From Tolypothrix carrinoi HA7290-LM1 (lineage in GTDB: Bacteria > Cyanobacteriota > Cyanobacteriia > Cyanobacteriales > Nostocaceae): a DNA stretch of 26,408 bases. The notes under the pieces are model-generated. The model was given only the letters and a program-made list of their open reading frames with translations. It was not told the DNA's origin and ran no database searches. The stretch is from positions 1 through 26,408 of the forward strand of contig JAHHIK010000114.1 of the NCBI GenBank assembly GCA_019358935.1, written 5' to 3'. Of this stretch, positions 16,824-26,408 are shown piece after piece. Every line of letters starts with the position of its first letter. Positions within the stretch are counted from its first letter, which is position 1. The position numbers were made by a program, and so were the translations under genes.

Positions 16824-17498
16824 CTACCGTGCCAAACGCTGCACAAATTCTGCGTGTTCTTCACTATTTAACCCTTGTTGCACTACTGCTAAAGCTTTTG
16901 TCATCTCTGCTGCACGTAATGCGGGCAGATCCAACCACAAACCGGTAAATACGCGACTTTTGATGATATTATTTGCATCCGGTTCTAAAGACACATATTC
17001 ACTATTTTGCAAGCTGAACCAGTTAAGTTTATTTTCTAAAATCTGCCAAACGATATATTCTTGAACACCGTTCCGACGATATGCTTTTTTCTTGTCATGT
17101 AAATCATTTGCCGCGCTGCTAGCTGCGACTTCTACAACTAACTCCGGTGCCCCTTCTACATAATCATCATCACTAATACGTGCTTGTCCCCCTAAGCGTT
17201 CATCAATTAACAGTACAACATCGGGCTGTGGTTCATTATCTAAATCCAGGCGTACTGTCACATTATCACCTAACTCGACACCTGGAGTAGAAACTTGGTA
17301 AACTCCCAACCAAGTAATTAACTGTGCGTGGGGTTTTCCATGAGTGTTAAAACGTAGAGGTGACGCCATATACACTATTCCTTCTATCAGTTCTGCTTTT
17401 TTAATATGCGGCATTGCGGTATATCGACGCTCAAATTCGTCGCGAGAGAGGCGATCGCCACTTTCTAACGGCGGGATACGTTCTACCGATGCTGTCAT
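16824..17498 (-). CDS. Uma2 family endonuclease
   Basis: PPLESGDRL, KAELIEG.VYM, NEPQPD, GAPELVVEVAASS, YRRNGVQEYIVW; ATG 17498 preferred as start. Confidence 0.92.
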   Translation of the reverse strand: MTASVERIPPLESGDRLSRDEFERRYTAMPHIKKAELIEGIVYMASPLRFNTHGKPHAQLITWLGVYQVSTPGVELGDNVTVRLDLDNEPQPDVVLLIDERLGGQARISDDDYVEGAPELVVEVAASSAANDLHDKKKAYRRNGVQEYIVWQILENKLNWFSLQNSEYVSLEPDANNIIKSRVFTGLWLDLPALRAAEMTKALAVVQQGLNSEEHAEFVQRLAR

Positions 17499-17741
17499 TA
17501 GCAGATTCCTCAAAGGAGTGTTGCTGCATTTAGTATACTGCGGATTTTTCTACTACAACCGATGAATCACCGACTGCTCATCAAAACGTTTTGCCATCAT
17601 ATCAGTAAATGTACTGTTAATGTTAATCTAAAATTGACAACGGGAGATTCCTCCTTGTCATTTGTACTACTTGCAGAGTTATTATTTTTACGTTATCAGA
17701 TGCTCATATCGGTTTATTAAATCTTATTGACGGGGAACTGC

Positions 17742-18653
17742 ATGAAAAGCAAAAAATTTCATTGGTTAAAACTAGCTTTTCAATTAAAAGGCTCGATTGT
17801 CTTAGCAATTTATAGAAGAGTTCTGGCTTGTGGTTTTTTCGGTATTTTCGTTTCTTTGCTTTATTATTTAAAATTACCTGTTTCTCAGCCTATTTTTGAA
17901 AGCGTTATTCCCAGTATTGTTTTAGGTTTATTACTTGTTTTTCGCACCAATACAGCTTACGACCGATTTTGGGAAGGTAGAAAATGCTGGGGTTCTATGG
18001 TGAATAATACGCGAAATTTAGCACGACAGATTTTGGTATCGATTGATGAAATAACCCCAGAGGATAAAGAAAATAAAATGGCGGCATTATATTTATTGGT
18101 TGCTTTTTCTGTAGCAACTAAATACCACCTGCGGGGAGAACCTGTCAATAGTGAGTTAGAAGAACTCATGGGACATTCTCGGTATCTAAAACTAAAAACT
18201 TTGAATAATCCCCCTTTAAAGATTGCTTTCTGGATTGGTGATTATTTACAAAGGCAATACAAGCGTAATTGCCTAAATAACTATCAGTTAATAGCTATAC
18301 AAGACTTATTAAATAATCTCGTGGATAATTTAGGAGCTTGCGAACGCATTCTGAAAACGCCGATTCCTCTAGCTTATACTATTCATCTGAAACAATTACT
18401 ATTAATATATTGCTTCTTACTACCTTTTCAACTAGTGGAAAGTCTGGAATGGTGGACGGGTTTAATTACAGCTTTGATTAGTTTTACTTTGTTTGGCATT
18501 GAAGCCATTGGTATAGAGATAGAAAACCCCTTTGGTCACGATGCAAATGACTTGCAATTAGAGACTATTTGTAACACAATGAAACGCAATATCGACGATT
18601 TAATTAAGTTTAATCCATATGTGCGATCGCATCAAGGTAATCTAACCAATTGA
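17742..18653 (+). CDS. Bestrophin family (YneE-like) ion channel
   Basis: LLVFRTNTAYDRFWEGRKCWG, CERILKTPIPLAY, EIENPFGHDANDL; ATG 17742 preferred over TTG 17727. Confidence 0.93.
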   Translation: MKSKKFHWLKLAFQLKGSIVLAIYRRVLACGFFGIFVSLLYYLKLPVSQPIFESVIPSIVLGLLLVFRTNTAYDRFWEGRKCWGSMVNNTRNLARQILVSIDEITPEDKENKMAALYLLVAFSVATKYHLRGEPVNSELEELMGHSRYLKLKTLNNPPLKIAFWIGDYLQRQYKRNCLNNYQLIAIQDLLNNLVDNLGACERILKTPIPLAYTIHLKQLLLIYCFLLPFQLVESLEWWTGLITALISFTLFGIEAIGIEIENPFGHDANDLQLETICNTMKRNIDDLIKFNPYVRSHQGNLTN

Positions 18654-18697
18654 GATGAAGGGGAAAGGGGAAAATAATTTGGTACTCTTGATTTAAA

Positions 18698-18740
18698 CCC
18701 CGACCAAATGAAGACCACCAAAACTTTAATTTGGTCGGGG
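18698..18740. repeat. 12-bp inverted repeat between convergent genes (terminator or IS-end remnant)
   Basis: CCCCGACCAAAT-N19-ATTTGGTCGGGG. Confidence 0.6.
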
Positions 18741-18852
18741 GACTCAAACTTGTTTGTAAAGGTTTGAAGGAATTTTTACAACTTCCAACAGACAAAACCC
18801 GCAAACTCGTTTACGTGATTTGCCTCAGTTAAAAGATTAGTTTCCTCTATTG

Positions 18853-20292
18853 TCACAGTGCTGGCTTTTCCCAAATATATACACATTTACGCAATTCTGA
18901 GCGACCGTGATTTCCCATTTGCTGACTACTATTGCCTTTTCCTTGCCCTAATATCCAAATGTGTCGCGTTACCAGCCCAAAAGACTCTGCTATATCAGAT
19001 AAAATTAAGTCTACAGGAACTTCCTCTCCAGCATATCGAACGTTATCGTTTACCATTGCTACTATACCTCCAATTTTGAGGATTCGAGCTAATTCATAGA
19101 TGACAAAGCACATTTCATAAAAGTAATTACGTAGCATTCTGGTAATATTTTTATTATTCAACTTACCTTCTGTTCTATAATTTTCCAAAATTCCTAATAC
19201 TTCTTGTAATGCAGCCTGATTTTGGAAAGTTAAATCTATTTTTAAGAAATCTTGATAACGTCCTATATCAGTATAATAATTTTCTAAATAATTACGCTTA
19301 TCTCGATTTTCGACAGTACATGACAACATTGTTTGGCGTAAATGCTTGACTTTTTCTTCACTGCAACCTAAAAATGCAAGTTCAAGAGCATAGGTGCGAG
19401 TGTAATCATATCTATTGGCATAAGGTGGCGATGTTATGACAAAATCAATACTGCTTTCTTGGAGAGTAGGAAGAATTTCTAAACAAGAACCTTGGTAAAG
19501 GCTAGGTTCCGGTTTTTCAACGCCAGGTTGCAATGGTAGATTATCATTAAATAAATCCAATTGGATAGAACTGACATCTAAATCGGATGCAATCTGCTTT
19601 AGCTTTTGGTGAATCGCATTCTCAAAATTTAAAATTTCTCCTTTATTAAATTCATTTTTTCCTTGAGAACGACCTGAACGAGTATCCCAGCGTAGATATT
19701 GCCCATCTTTTCTGGTATAGCTAATATCTTCAAGAATACAAAAAGCAGCATATACAAGTAGAGAACGTATATCTTCATCAAAAATATAAGTATTACAATA
19801 AAAGAGATAACCTATTAACTTCTTTTCATTTATAGAAGAGAATGCTCCCTGCGTAATTGCAATATGATTAAATGTATCAGTCTGGTTGTAGTAATCTAAA
19901 AAATTTATTTTTTTCAAATCCGAAATTACTGTATGTAATGAGTTTACATTAATTTTTTGAGATATCAGTCGAGATTTTGTGGCAAAAATGCCGACAGGCA
20001 AAAGTTCAATTCCTATAGATTGCCACCCTAATGCACTTGCAGCGAATAGAGATGAGCCAGATCCAGAAAACGGATCGAGTAGAATACCAGGTTGTGGCTT
20101 TAATTCTTGCAGAAGATAAGTAACTAGCTTTTCTGAAAAACCTTCCCTATACTTGAACCAGGAAGAAAATCTAGCTTGCTTATTACCTTGGAAACTAACC
20201 AAAGTTCTATCTAAATAAGGATTATGAAAAATATTTGAGCTAAATTTTTTGTAAAGATTACTTCTATTAATTAAAGAGGAATCAATTGGCAT
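18853..20292 (-). CDS. Amino-DNA methyltransferase, likely N4-cytosine (AvaI/BsoBI-like), with no adjacent endonuclease
   Basis: WFKYREGFS, motif I LDPFSGSG followed far downstream by motif IV TSPPYANRYDY; AT-rich; no HIP1 site seen in the gene. Confidence 0.85.
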   Translation of the reverse strand: MPIDSSLINRSNLYKKFSSNIFHNPYLDRTLVSFQGNKQARFSSWFKYREGFSEKLVTYLLQELKPQPGILLDPFSGSGSSLFAASALGWQSIGIELLPVGIFATKSRLISQKINVNSLHTVISDLKKINFLDYYNQTDTFNHIAITQGAFSSINEKKLIGYLFYCNTYIFDEDIRSLLVYAAFCILEDISYTRKDGQYLRWDTRSGRSQGKNEFNKGEILNFENAIHQKLKQIASDLDVSSIQLDLFNDNLPLQPGVEKPEPSLYQGSCLEILPTLQESSIDFVITSPPYANRYDYTRTYALELAFLGCSEEKVKHLRQTMLSCTVENRDKRNYLENYYTDIGRYQDFLKIDLTFQNQAALQEVLGILENYRTEGKLNNKNITRMLRNYFYEMCFVIYELARILKIGGIVAMVNDNVRYAGEEVPVDLILSDIAESFGLVTRHIWILGQGKGNSSQQMGNHGRSELRKCVYIWEKPAL

Positions 20293-20402
20293 AAAGTTAC
20301 TTATGGTTATATTAAATGCAATTTTCCTAATAAATTGTATTTGTTGGCTTTAGCTACATATACCGATTAATGATTGCGATCGCATCGATTGTCGTCAAGT
20401 AA

Positions 20403-20423
20403 GGGATGGGGAAACCCCACCCC
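20403..20423 (-). terminator. GC-rich hairpin downstream of the M28 peptidase gene
   Basis: GGGATGGGG-AAA-CCCCACCCC. Confidence 0.5.
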
Positions 20424-20433
20424 TATAAATTTT

Positions 20434-21282
20434 TCACAACTTTCTAATACCTTTTTCCAAACCTTGACAGACGCCTGTAAGAAAATCTAAATTTAAAGTG
20501 GCAATAGTGTCACTTGGTTTGTGATAATGTGGATTTCGCATATTAGCCGTATCTGTCACCATAATTGCGGGATAACCTGCATCCCAAAAAGGTGCATGAT
20601 CGCTTCGTCTTGTATCGCGAACAATTAAACCTCTATTTGGCACAGGTAGCCATTCGCTAGGTGTACCAGATTGACGAATACTGCGACTCAGATTAATTAA
20701 ATCAGGCAATGTCCGCAAATTGCCAATTAAAGCAATAAAATCGCCGCGATTTGGGTAAAAACGTTCTAAAGGTGAAGGATAATTTTGCGAATTAGGTGTT
20801 GCATCGCAATAACCCAACATTTCCAAAGACATCATCAAGCGAAGCGATCGCTTTTCTTGCTTTAACTTGGCTGCATAATCAGCGCTACCAAGTAAACCGT
20901 ATTCTTCCATATCAAAAGCTACCAATTGCAAAGGATATTTAATTGGCTGCGTGGCAAACATTCTTGCCAATTCCAGCAACACGGCTACACCTGTAGCATT
21001 ATCATCAGCCCCAGGTGTTCCCGGTACGGCATCATAATGTGCTGCAATTAAAATTGGTGGTAAATTCTGATGACGCGATCGCCCAGGTAAATTCAATATC
21101 AGGTTTTTACAAGCTTTGCCGCTTACCTCAAAGGTGTGGATTTCCACACTTCCCCATTGTTCAAACTGTTCTTTGATGTATTGTTGGACAAAAAAATGTC
21201 CCCCTGTCGCCAAATATGGATCGCGATCGCGGGCTATAAACGTAAGATGAGTTTGCAGAAGATTTTTTAAATTCACATGCAT
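20434..21282 (-). CDS. M28 family metallopeptidase
   Basis: AHYDAVPGTPGADDNATG, FDMEEYGLLGS, SLEMLG, SDHAPFW, YHKPSDT. Confidence 0.92.
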   Translation of the reverse strand: MHVNLKNLLQTHLTFIARDRDPYLATGGHFFVQQYIKEQFEQWGSVEIHTFEVSGKACKNLILNLPGRSRHQNLPPILIAAHYDAVPGTPGADDNATGVAVLLELARMFATQPIKYPLQLVAFDMEEYGLLGSADYAAKLKQEKRSLRLMMSLEMLGYCDATPNSQNYPSPLERFYPNRGDFIALIGNLRTLPDLINLSRSIRQSGTPSEWLPVPNRGLIVRDTRRSDHAPFWDAGYPAIMVTDTANMRNPHYHKPSDTIATLNLDFLTGVCQGLEKGIRKL

Positions 21283-21393
21283 TAAGCAATGAACGCTGTT
21301 TCAACGTGTAATTCCCAACTGCAAGATAGAATAAATCAAGCATTGCTTGCAAACAAATAAAATTTATTAGACACTTTAGGAGAACAGCAACGC

Positions 21394-23532
21394 ATGGGCA
21401 AGGTAGTCGGCATCGACTTGGGTACAACCAACTCAGTAGTCGCCGTCATGGAGGGTGGCAAGCCGGTGGTGATTGCCAATGCAGAAGGAATGCGAACAAC
21501 CCCCTCCGTCGTTGGCTTTAGCAAAGAAGGCGAAAGAGTCGTTGGGCAAATGGCGCGACGTCAAACCGTCCTCAATCCCCAAAATACCTTCTTTGCCGTG
21601 AAACGCTTCATCGGTCGCAGGTATAGCGAACTCACTCCAGAATCAAAGCGAGTACCCTACACGATTCGCAAAGACGAAGTAGGCAACATTAAAATAGTCT
21701 GTCCCAAACTCAGTAAAGACTTCGCCCCAGAAGAAATTTCCGCAATGGTGCTGAAAAAACTGGCAGACGATGCCAGTCGTTACTTAGGCGATACAGTCAC
21801 CGGGGCAGTAATTACCGTACCAGCTTATTTTAACGATTCTCAACGGCAAGCGACGCGAGATGCTGGTCGAATTGCCGGTTTAGATGTCCTGCGAATTCTT
21901 AACGAACCTACCGCCGCTTCTTTGGCTTATGGATTGGATCGCGGTGATACCGAGACAATCTTAGTATTCGATTTGGGTGGTGGCACCTTTGACGTATCGA
22001 TTTTGGAAGTTGGTGATGGCGTGTTTGAAGTCAAATCAACTAGTGGAGATACGCAATTAGGTGGTAATGATTTTGACAAAAAGATTGTAGATTGGTTGGC
22101 AGAGAAATTTCTGGAAACAGAAGGTGTAGATTTAAGAAGAAGCGATCGCCAAGCTTTACAACGTCTAATGGAAGCTGCGGAAAAAGCGAAAATCGAACTT
22201 TCCGCCGTCAGCGTCACCGATATTAACTTACCCTTCATCACCGCCACTGAAGAAGGTCCCAAACATATCGAAACTCGCCTAACTCGCTCGGAATTTGAAG
22301 GTTTATGCACCGACTTGATAAGTCGCATTAGAACACCAGTCAAAAGAGCGCTGAAAGATGCCGGTTTGACACCTGAGGATATTGAGGAAGTTGTGTTGGT
22401 GGGGGGTTGTACCCGCATCCCAATGGTAAAGCAGTTAGTGCGTGACTTAATCGGCATCGAACCCAACGAGAATGTTAACCCCGATGAAGTCGTGGCAGTG
22501 GGTGCGGCAATTCAAGCGGGTATTCTCGCTGGAGAACTTAAGGATGTGCTGCTTTTGGATGTTACACCGTTATCTATCGGCTTAGAAACCATCGGCGGCG
22601 TGATGAAAAAGCTGATTCCCCGCAATACAACTATACCAGTCAGGCGATCGGACATTTTTTCCACATCAGAAAATAACCAAAATACTGTAGAAATTCACGC
22701 AGTCCAGGGTGAACGGGAAATGGCAGCAAATAACAAGTCTTTGGGACGGTTCAAGCTGTATGGCATTCCCCCGGCACCAAGAGGAGTACCGCAGATTCAG
22801 GTATCTTTTGATATCGATGCCAACGGTATTTTACAGGTAACAGCTTTAGATAGAACTACAGGTAGAGAGCAAAGTGTCACCATTCAAGGTGCTTCCACCT
22901 TAAGCGAGTCGGAAGTTAACCGAATGATTCAGGATGCTCAAAAATATGCCGATCAAGACCGGGAACGCAAAGAACGTGTAGAAAAGCGCACCCGTGCCGA
23001 AGCTTTAATTTTATCAGCAGAAAGACAACTTAGAGAAGTGACCCTAGATTTTGGAATGCAATTTGCCCGAAACAGGCGTCAACGAATTGACACTATTTGT
23101 CGGGAACTACGCGAAAGTTTACAAAAAAATGACGATCGCGGTATTGACCAAACTTACGCTGACCTGCAAGATGCTTTATACGATCTAAATCGCGAAGTTC
23201 GCCAGTATTACGATGATGACGAAGAAGATGACTTGTTTGGCACGATTAAGGAAATCTTCACGGGCGAAAAAGATAAAGAACGCGATCGAGACAATTTAAG
23301 AGATAATTATCGCGATCGCGATAATTATGGCAGAGACTACGGCAACAACAGAGACTACGGCAACAACAGGGATTACAGCGGGAATAAAGACTACGGCAAC
23401 AACAGAGATTACAGCAGCAACCGCGACTATAGAGACAAAGACAGTCGTCCCTCCTCCTATGACAGCGGTTCTGAAAGGCGATCGCGTCCAAGTTACCAAG
23501 ATAACTGGGATGATGAAGACGACGACTGGTAA
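21394..23532 (+). CDS. dnaK: Chaperone DnaK (cyanobacterial DnaK3 type, acidic Trp-containing tail)
   Basis: [51 protein letters not shown]; ends WDDEDDDW; followed by dnaJ. Confidence 0.97.
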   Translation: MGKVVGIDLGTTNSVVAVMEGGKPVVIANAEGMRTTPSVVGFSKEGERVVGQMARRQTVLNPQNTFFAVKRFIGRRYSELTPESKRVPYTIRKDEVGNIKIVCPKLSKDFAPEEISAMVLKKLADDASRYLGDTVTGAVITVPAYFNDSQRQATRDAGRIAGLDVLRILNEPTAASLAYGLDRGDTETILVFDLGGGTFDVSILEVGDGVFEVKSTSGDTQLGGNDFDKKIVDWLAEKFLETEGVDLRRSDRQALQRLMEAAEKAKIELSAVSVTDINLPFITATEEGPKHIETRLTRSEFEGLCTDLISRIRTPVKRALKDAGLTPEDIEEVVLVGGCTRIPMVKQLVRDLIGIEPNENVNPDEVVAVGAAIQAGILAGELKDVLLLDVTPLSIGLETIGGVMKKLIPRNTTIPVRRSDIFSTSENNQNTVEIHAVQGEREMAANNKSLGRFKLYGIPPAPRGVPQIQVSFDIDANGILQVTALDRTTGREQSVTIQGASTLSESEVNRMIQDAQKYADQDRERKERVEKRTRAEALILSAERQLREVTLDFGMQFARNRRQRIDTICRELRESLQKNDDRGIDQTYADLQDALYDLNREVRQYYDDDEEDDLFGTIKEIFTGEKDKERDRDNLRDNYRDRDNYGRDYGNNRDYGNNRDYSGNKDYGNNRDYSSNRDYRDKDSRPSSYDSGSERRSRPSYQDNWDDEDDDW
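23332..23430 (+). repeat. Coding 18-bp repeats in the DnaK tail (RDYGNN-type, ~5.5 units)
   Basis: AGAGACTACGGCAACAAC x2 plus degenerate units. Confidence 0.85.
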
Positions 23533-23548
23533 TAGTGCCAATGAAAAT

Positions 23549-23568
23549 GGGCGGAATTTTCCGCCCTT
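23549..23568 (+). terminator. Hairpin between dnaK and dnaJ
   Basis: GGGCGGAA-TT-TTCCGCCC-TT. Confidence 0.55.
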
Positions 23569-23697
23569 GTATCTTCAAAATCGCTAAACAAATGAAGTTG
23601 ATTCAAAATTCGGACCAGTGCGATCGCTCACAAGTAATAGTTAATAGCACTATTAGCCATTAAATATTAATAAAATCTCAAAATATTTCAACTGACT

Positions 23698-24696
23698 ATG
23701 CAAAATTTGCAGAATTTTCGCGATTATTACGAAATTTTAGGAGTACCTAAAGAAGCCTCAAGTGAGGAAATTAAAAAGAATTATCGCCGATTAGCCAGAC
23801 AGTATCACCCAGACTTAAATCCGGGAAACAAAGCAGCCGAAGACAAATTTAAGGATATCGGTGAAGCTTATGAAATCCTTAGCGATCCAACCAAACGAGC
23901 GCAATACGATCAGTTTAGCCGCTACTGGAATCAAAGAGGCTTTAGTGGCAAACAACCATCAAAGGGTAAAGGTTGGGGTAATCAGAAAAGCGATCGCACT
24001 AATACTCAAGATGTAAATCCCAGCGATTTTGCCAACTTTGAAGACTTTATCAATCAAGTTGTCGGTGTAAAAAATAATAAAAATGGGGTAAGTGATTCTA
24101 CTAATGGCGCTAACCGCGATCCGTATCGTAGCCCCCGAAGTCAAGTTCAATACACAGTACCGAAAACACCACCTCGCGCTAGCCGTCGAGATATAGAAGC
24201 GAGATTAACTTTACCACTAGAAAAAGCTTATGTAGGTGGTAATGAACGCATTCGTTTAGAAGATGGGCGATCGCTAGAAGTGACTATGCCTCCAGGTATG
24301 GTAACAGGTCAAACCATCCGCTTGCGTAATCAAGGCATTGGTGGGGGAGATTTGTATCTAAAAATTACCGTCGAACCGCATCCTCTATTTAAACTAGAAG
24401 GCTTGAATATATTTTGCCAAGTACCTGTGACTCCCAGCGAAGCCGTTTTAGGAGGACAGGTAGAAGCACCAACTCTCGACGGACCGGTGAAAATGTCAAT
24501 TCCCCAAGGAGTTAGGTCTGGTCAACGATTTCGTCTCGCTAATAAAGGCTACCCCAACGAACAAGGTAAACGCGGCGATCAATTGGTGGAAATTCAAATA
24601 GTTACTCCGAAAAGTATTAGCCAAGAAGAAAAAGAATTATATGAAAAATTGCGGCAAATTGAAACCTTTAAACCTCGCGCTGATTTACTGGGGTAA
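23698..24696 (+). CDS. dnaJ: DnaJ-class co-chaperone without zinc finger (CbpA-like)
   Basis: [11 protein letters not shown] motif, AYEILSDP; DnaJ_C motifs GDLYL and RGDQLVEI. Confidence 0.92.
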   Translation: MQNLQNFRDYYEILGVPKEASSEEIKKNYRRLARQYHPDLNPGNKAAEDKFKDIGEAYEILSDPTKRAQYDQFSRYWNQRGFSGKQPSKGKGWGNQKSDRTNTQDVNPSDFANFEDFINQVVGVKNNKNGVSDSTNGANRDPYRSPRSQVQYTVPKTPPRASRRDIEARLTLPLEKAYVGGNERIRLEDGRSLEVTMPPGMVTGQTIRLRNQGIGGGDLYLKITVEPHPLFKLEGLNIFCQVPVTPSEAVLGGQVEAPTLDGPVKMSIPQGVRSGQRFRLANKGYPNEQGKRGDQLVEIQIVTPKSISQEEKELYEKLRQIETFKPRADLLG

Positions 24697-24754
24697 AAGT
24701 GAGAAAATGCAATGAATACATTCAAAGAACAAAAACTACGAGATATTTCAGCTT

Positions 24755-24961
24755 ATGAGTTTTAGTGACTTAGTAGAAACAATCAAAAGTCTTTCGATTG
24801 AAGAGAAACAAGAAATTCAACTACTATTAAGCCAGTATCTGCGCGAAGAGCGTCGAGAAGAAATATATGAGAACTTAAAAATAAGCCAAGCAGAAGAGCA
24901 AAACGGTAAACTTAAATTCTCTAATAACATCAACGAACTAAAACAACTGATAGAAGATTAA
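24755..24961 (+). CDS. Putative type II antitoxin
   Basis: Small acidic protein; its stop overlaps the toxin start (TAATG). Confidence 0.7.
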   Translation: MSFSDLVETIKSLSIEEKQEIQLLLSQYLREERREEIYENLKISQAEEQNGKLKFSNNINELKQLIED

Positions 24962-25230
24962 TGGTGGAAGTCAGTTTTAGTTCATCCTTTAAACGTTCTT
25001 TTAAAAAGCGAATTAAAGGAAATGTAGACTTGGAAACAAGGTTTTGGCAAAAGGTTGATCTGTTTACAATAGACCCTTTCGACCAAAGCTTGAAAACTCA
25101 CAAGTTATCAGGGAAGCTTAAAGAATTATGGAGTTTCAGCATAGAGTACGACCAAAGAGTTTTATTTTACTTCACTGACGACGGAAACGCTGTATTTGTT
25201 GACATTGGTAATCACGACGAAGTGTATTAG
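24961..25230 (+). CDS. RelE/YafQ-family mRNA interferase toxin
   Basis: FSSSFKRSFKK, LKTHKLSGKL, WSFSI..D.RVLF, DIGNHDEVY. Confidence 0.88.
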   Translation: MVEVSFSSSFKRSFKKRIKGNVDLETRFWQKVDLFTIDPFDQSLKTHKLSGKLKELWSFSIEYDQRVLFYFTDDGNAVFVDIGNHDEVY

Positions 25231-25341
25231 GCTCAAATGAAATCGGGTAAGAGATTGAGCGTGCGATCGCTACTGCTAAATTTCAACAAAATTTGGTATT
25301 TCCTGTTGATCCCTAAGTCATAAAATAGGCAAAAGTCCGCG

Positions 25342-26285
25342 TTAGACTACTTTCGAGACTTGCTGGATAGGAATTTGAACCACAAACTCCGTTCCTTCTC
25401 CAGGTGTGGAAAAAAATTCTAATTTGCCGCGATGTTTTTCGGTGATGATTTGATAGCTGATAGCCATTCCCATTCCTGTTCCCTTGCCCACAGGTTTTGT
25501 TGTAAAGAACGGATTGAAAATCTGTTTTTGAATCGATTCAGGAATCCCAGACCCATTGTCAGCGATCGCAATTTTTACCCATTGCGAACCAACGACAGAG
25601 GTACGAATCGTGATGCGACTGGGATTATCCTGGATTTCCTGATAAGTTCGTTTAGCATTGAATTCTCCCAGCGCATCAATCGCATTTACAAGAATGTTCA
25701 TAAACACCTGGTTGACTTGTCCCGCGTTGCATTCTACATTGCATAAATTGCCGTAGTCTCTGATGACCTGAATTTCTGGGCTTTTGTCAGTGGCTTTGAG
25801 CCGGTGCTGCAAAATCATCAAAGTATTGTCGATGCCTTCATGAATATCCACCGCTTTGAACTCACTTTCATCTAGCCGAGAGAAGTTACGCAGTGACAGC
25901 ACAATATCCCGGATACGCTCCGTTCCAATATTCATTGATTGCAATACCATAATCGCGTCTTTTTGCAGAAATTCTAAATCGATGGTTTCGCGTTCGGTTT
26001 GAATTTCGGCAGGTGGGTTGGGGAAATAACGGTGATAAAGCTGGACAAGTCGCAGTAAATCATGAGTGTATTGATTAATATGGCTGAGGTTTCCGTAAAT
26101 AAAGCTAACGGGATTGTTGATTTCGTGAGCAATGCCAGCCACCATTTGACCTAAGGCAGACATCTTTTCGCTTTGAATCATCTGAGCTTGCATATTATGC
26201 AAACTATTAAGCGTATTTTCTAACTCTTGGCTTCTATGCTGCAAGTCTGTCTGAGACTCTTCTAACTCATAAATGACTTTCTTAA
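25342..26285 (-). pseudogene. Sensor histidine kinase (HisKA + HATPase_c), 5'-truncated by an IS
   Basis: SEKMSALGQMVAGIAHEINNP, NQVFMNILVNAIDA, DNGSG, GKGTGMG; no sensor domain; the ATG at 26292 lies inside the IS right end. Confidence 0.78.
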
Positions 26286-26408
26286 TTGACATCCTCCCCG
26301 GTCTGAAGACACGGGGATTCCAAGAATCACTTCTTGGGTTTCCTCTTTCCGCGACTCGGCTTATTTAAAGGAGTTTCCCCACCCAAACAGAGGTCGATGT
26401 CTCCAGAG
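26286..26408 (-). mobile_element. Right end of an IS200/IS605-family (tnpB) element, including the omega/reRNA scaffold region
   Basis: Minus strand GAAT-CCCCG-TGTCTTCAGAC-CGGGG-AGGATG-TCAA: GAAT guide, hairpin and TCAA cleavage site as in the IS608 right end. Confidence 0.9.
26327..26408 (-). CDS. tnpB: C-terminal tail of RNA-guided endonuclease TnpB (partial)
   Basis: SGDIDLCLGGETPLNKPSRGKRKPKK* running into the right end; no catalytic motifs are in the window. Confidence 0.7.
   Translation of the reverse strand, partial: SGDIDLCLGGETPLNKPSRGKRKPKK

Noticed and set aside
16824..20292. Uma2 nuclease as the cognate restriction enzyme of the methyltransferase
   Set aside because: They are separated by the bestrophin gene, and Uma2 genes are scattered in many copies in cyanobacteria
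21283..21393. CIRCE element upstream of dnaK
   Set aside because: No TTAGCACTC-N9-GAGTGCTAA match

Overview
Chromosomal window from a filamentous, Nostocales-like cyanobacterium (many HIP1 GCGATCGC sites, three Uma2 genes, Rubisco activase-like gene). Housekeeping backbone: ftsW, ccdA-ccs1, queF, SRP RNA (ffs), rca/alc and dnaK3-dnaJ. Accessory genes are interspersed: a Nif11-type precursor, LprI, an S8 protease, a peptidoglycan-binding protein, an orphan m4C-type methyltransferase and a RelE/YafQ-type TA pair. Each end of the window carries a histidine kinase whose N-terminus appears cut off by an IS200/IS605-family element: on the left a probable tnpA tail plus a 230-nt structured non-coding stretch, on the right a tnpB tail plus a classic right end. 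Most notable: (1) Rca with a tandemly duplicated, Cys-free RbcS-like (SSUL) domain; (2) a Nif11 gene bracketed by a duplicated queF 3' end; (3) pseudogenes whose frameshifts coincide with HIP1 sites; (4) nested small mobile repeats with readable target-site duplications; (5) a 16.6 x 21-bp tandem array. I cannot demonstrate a wholly new system from sequence alone. All homology calls are from recognition of motifs, not database searches.
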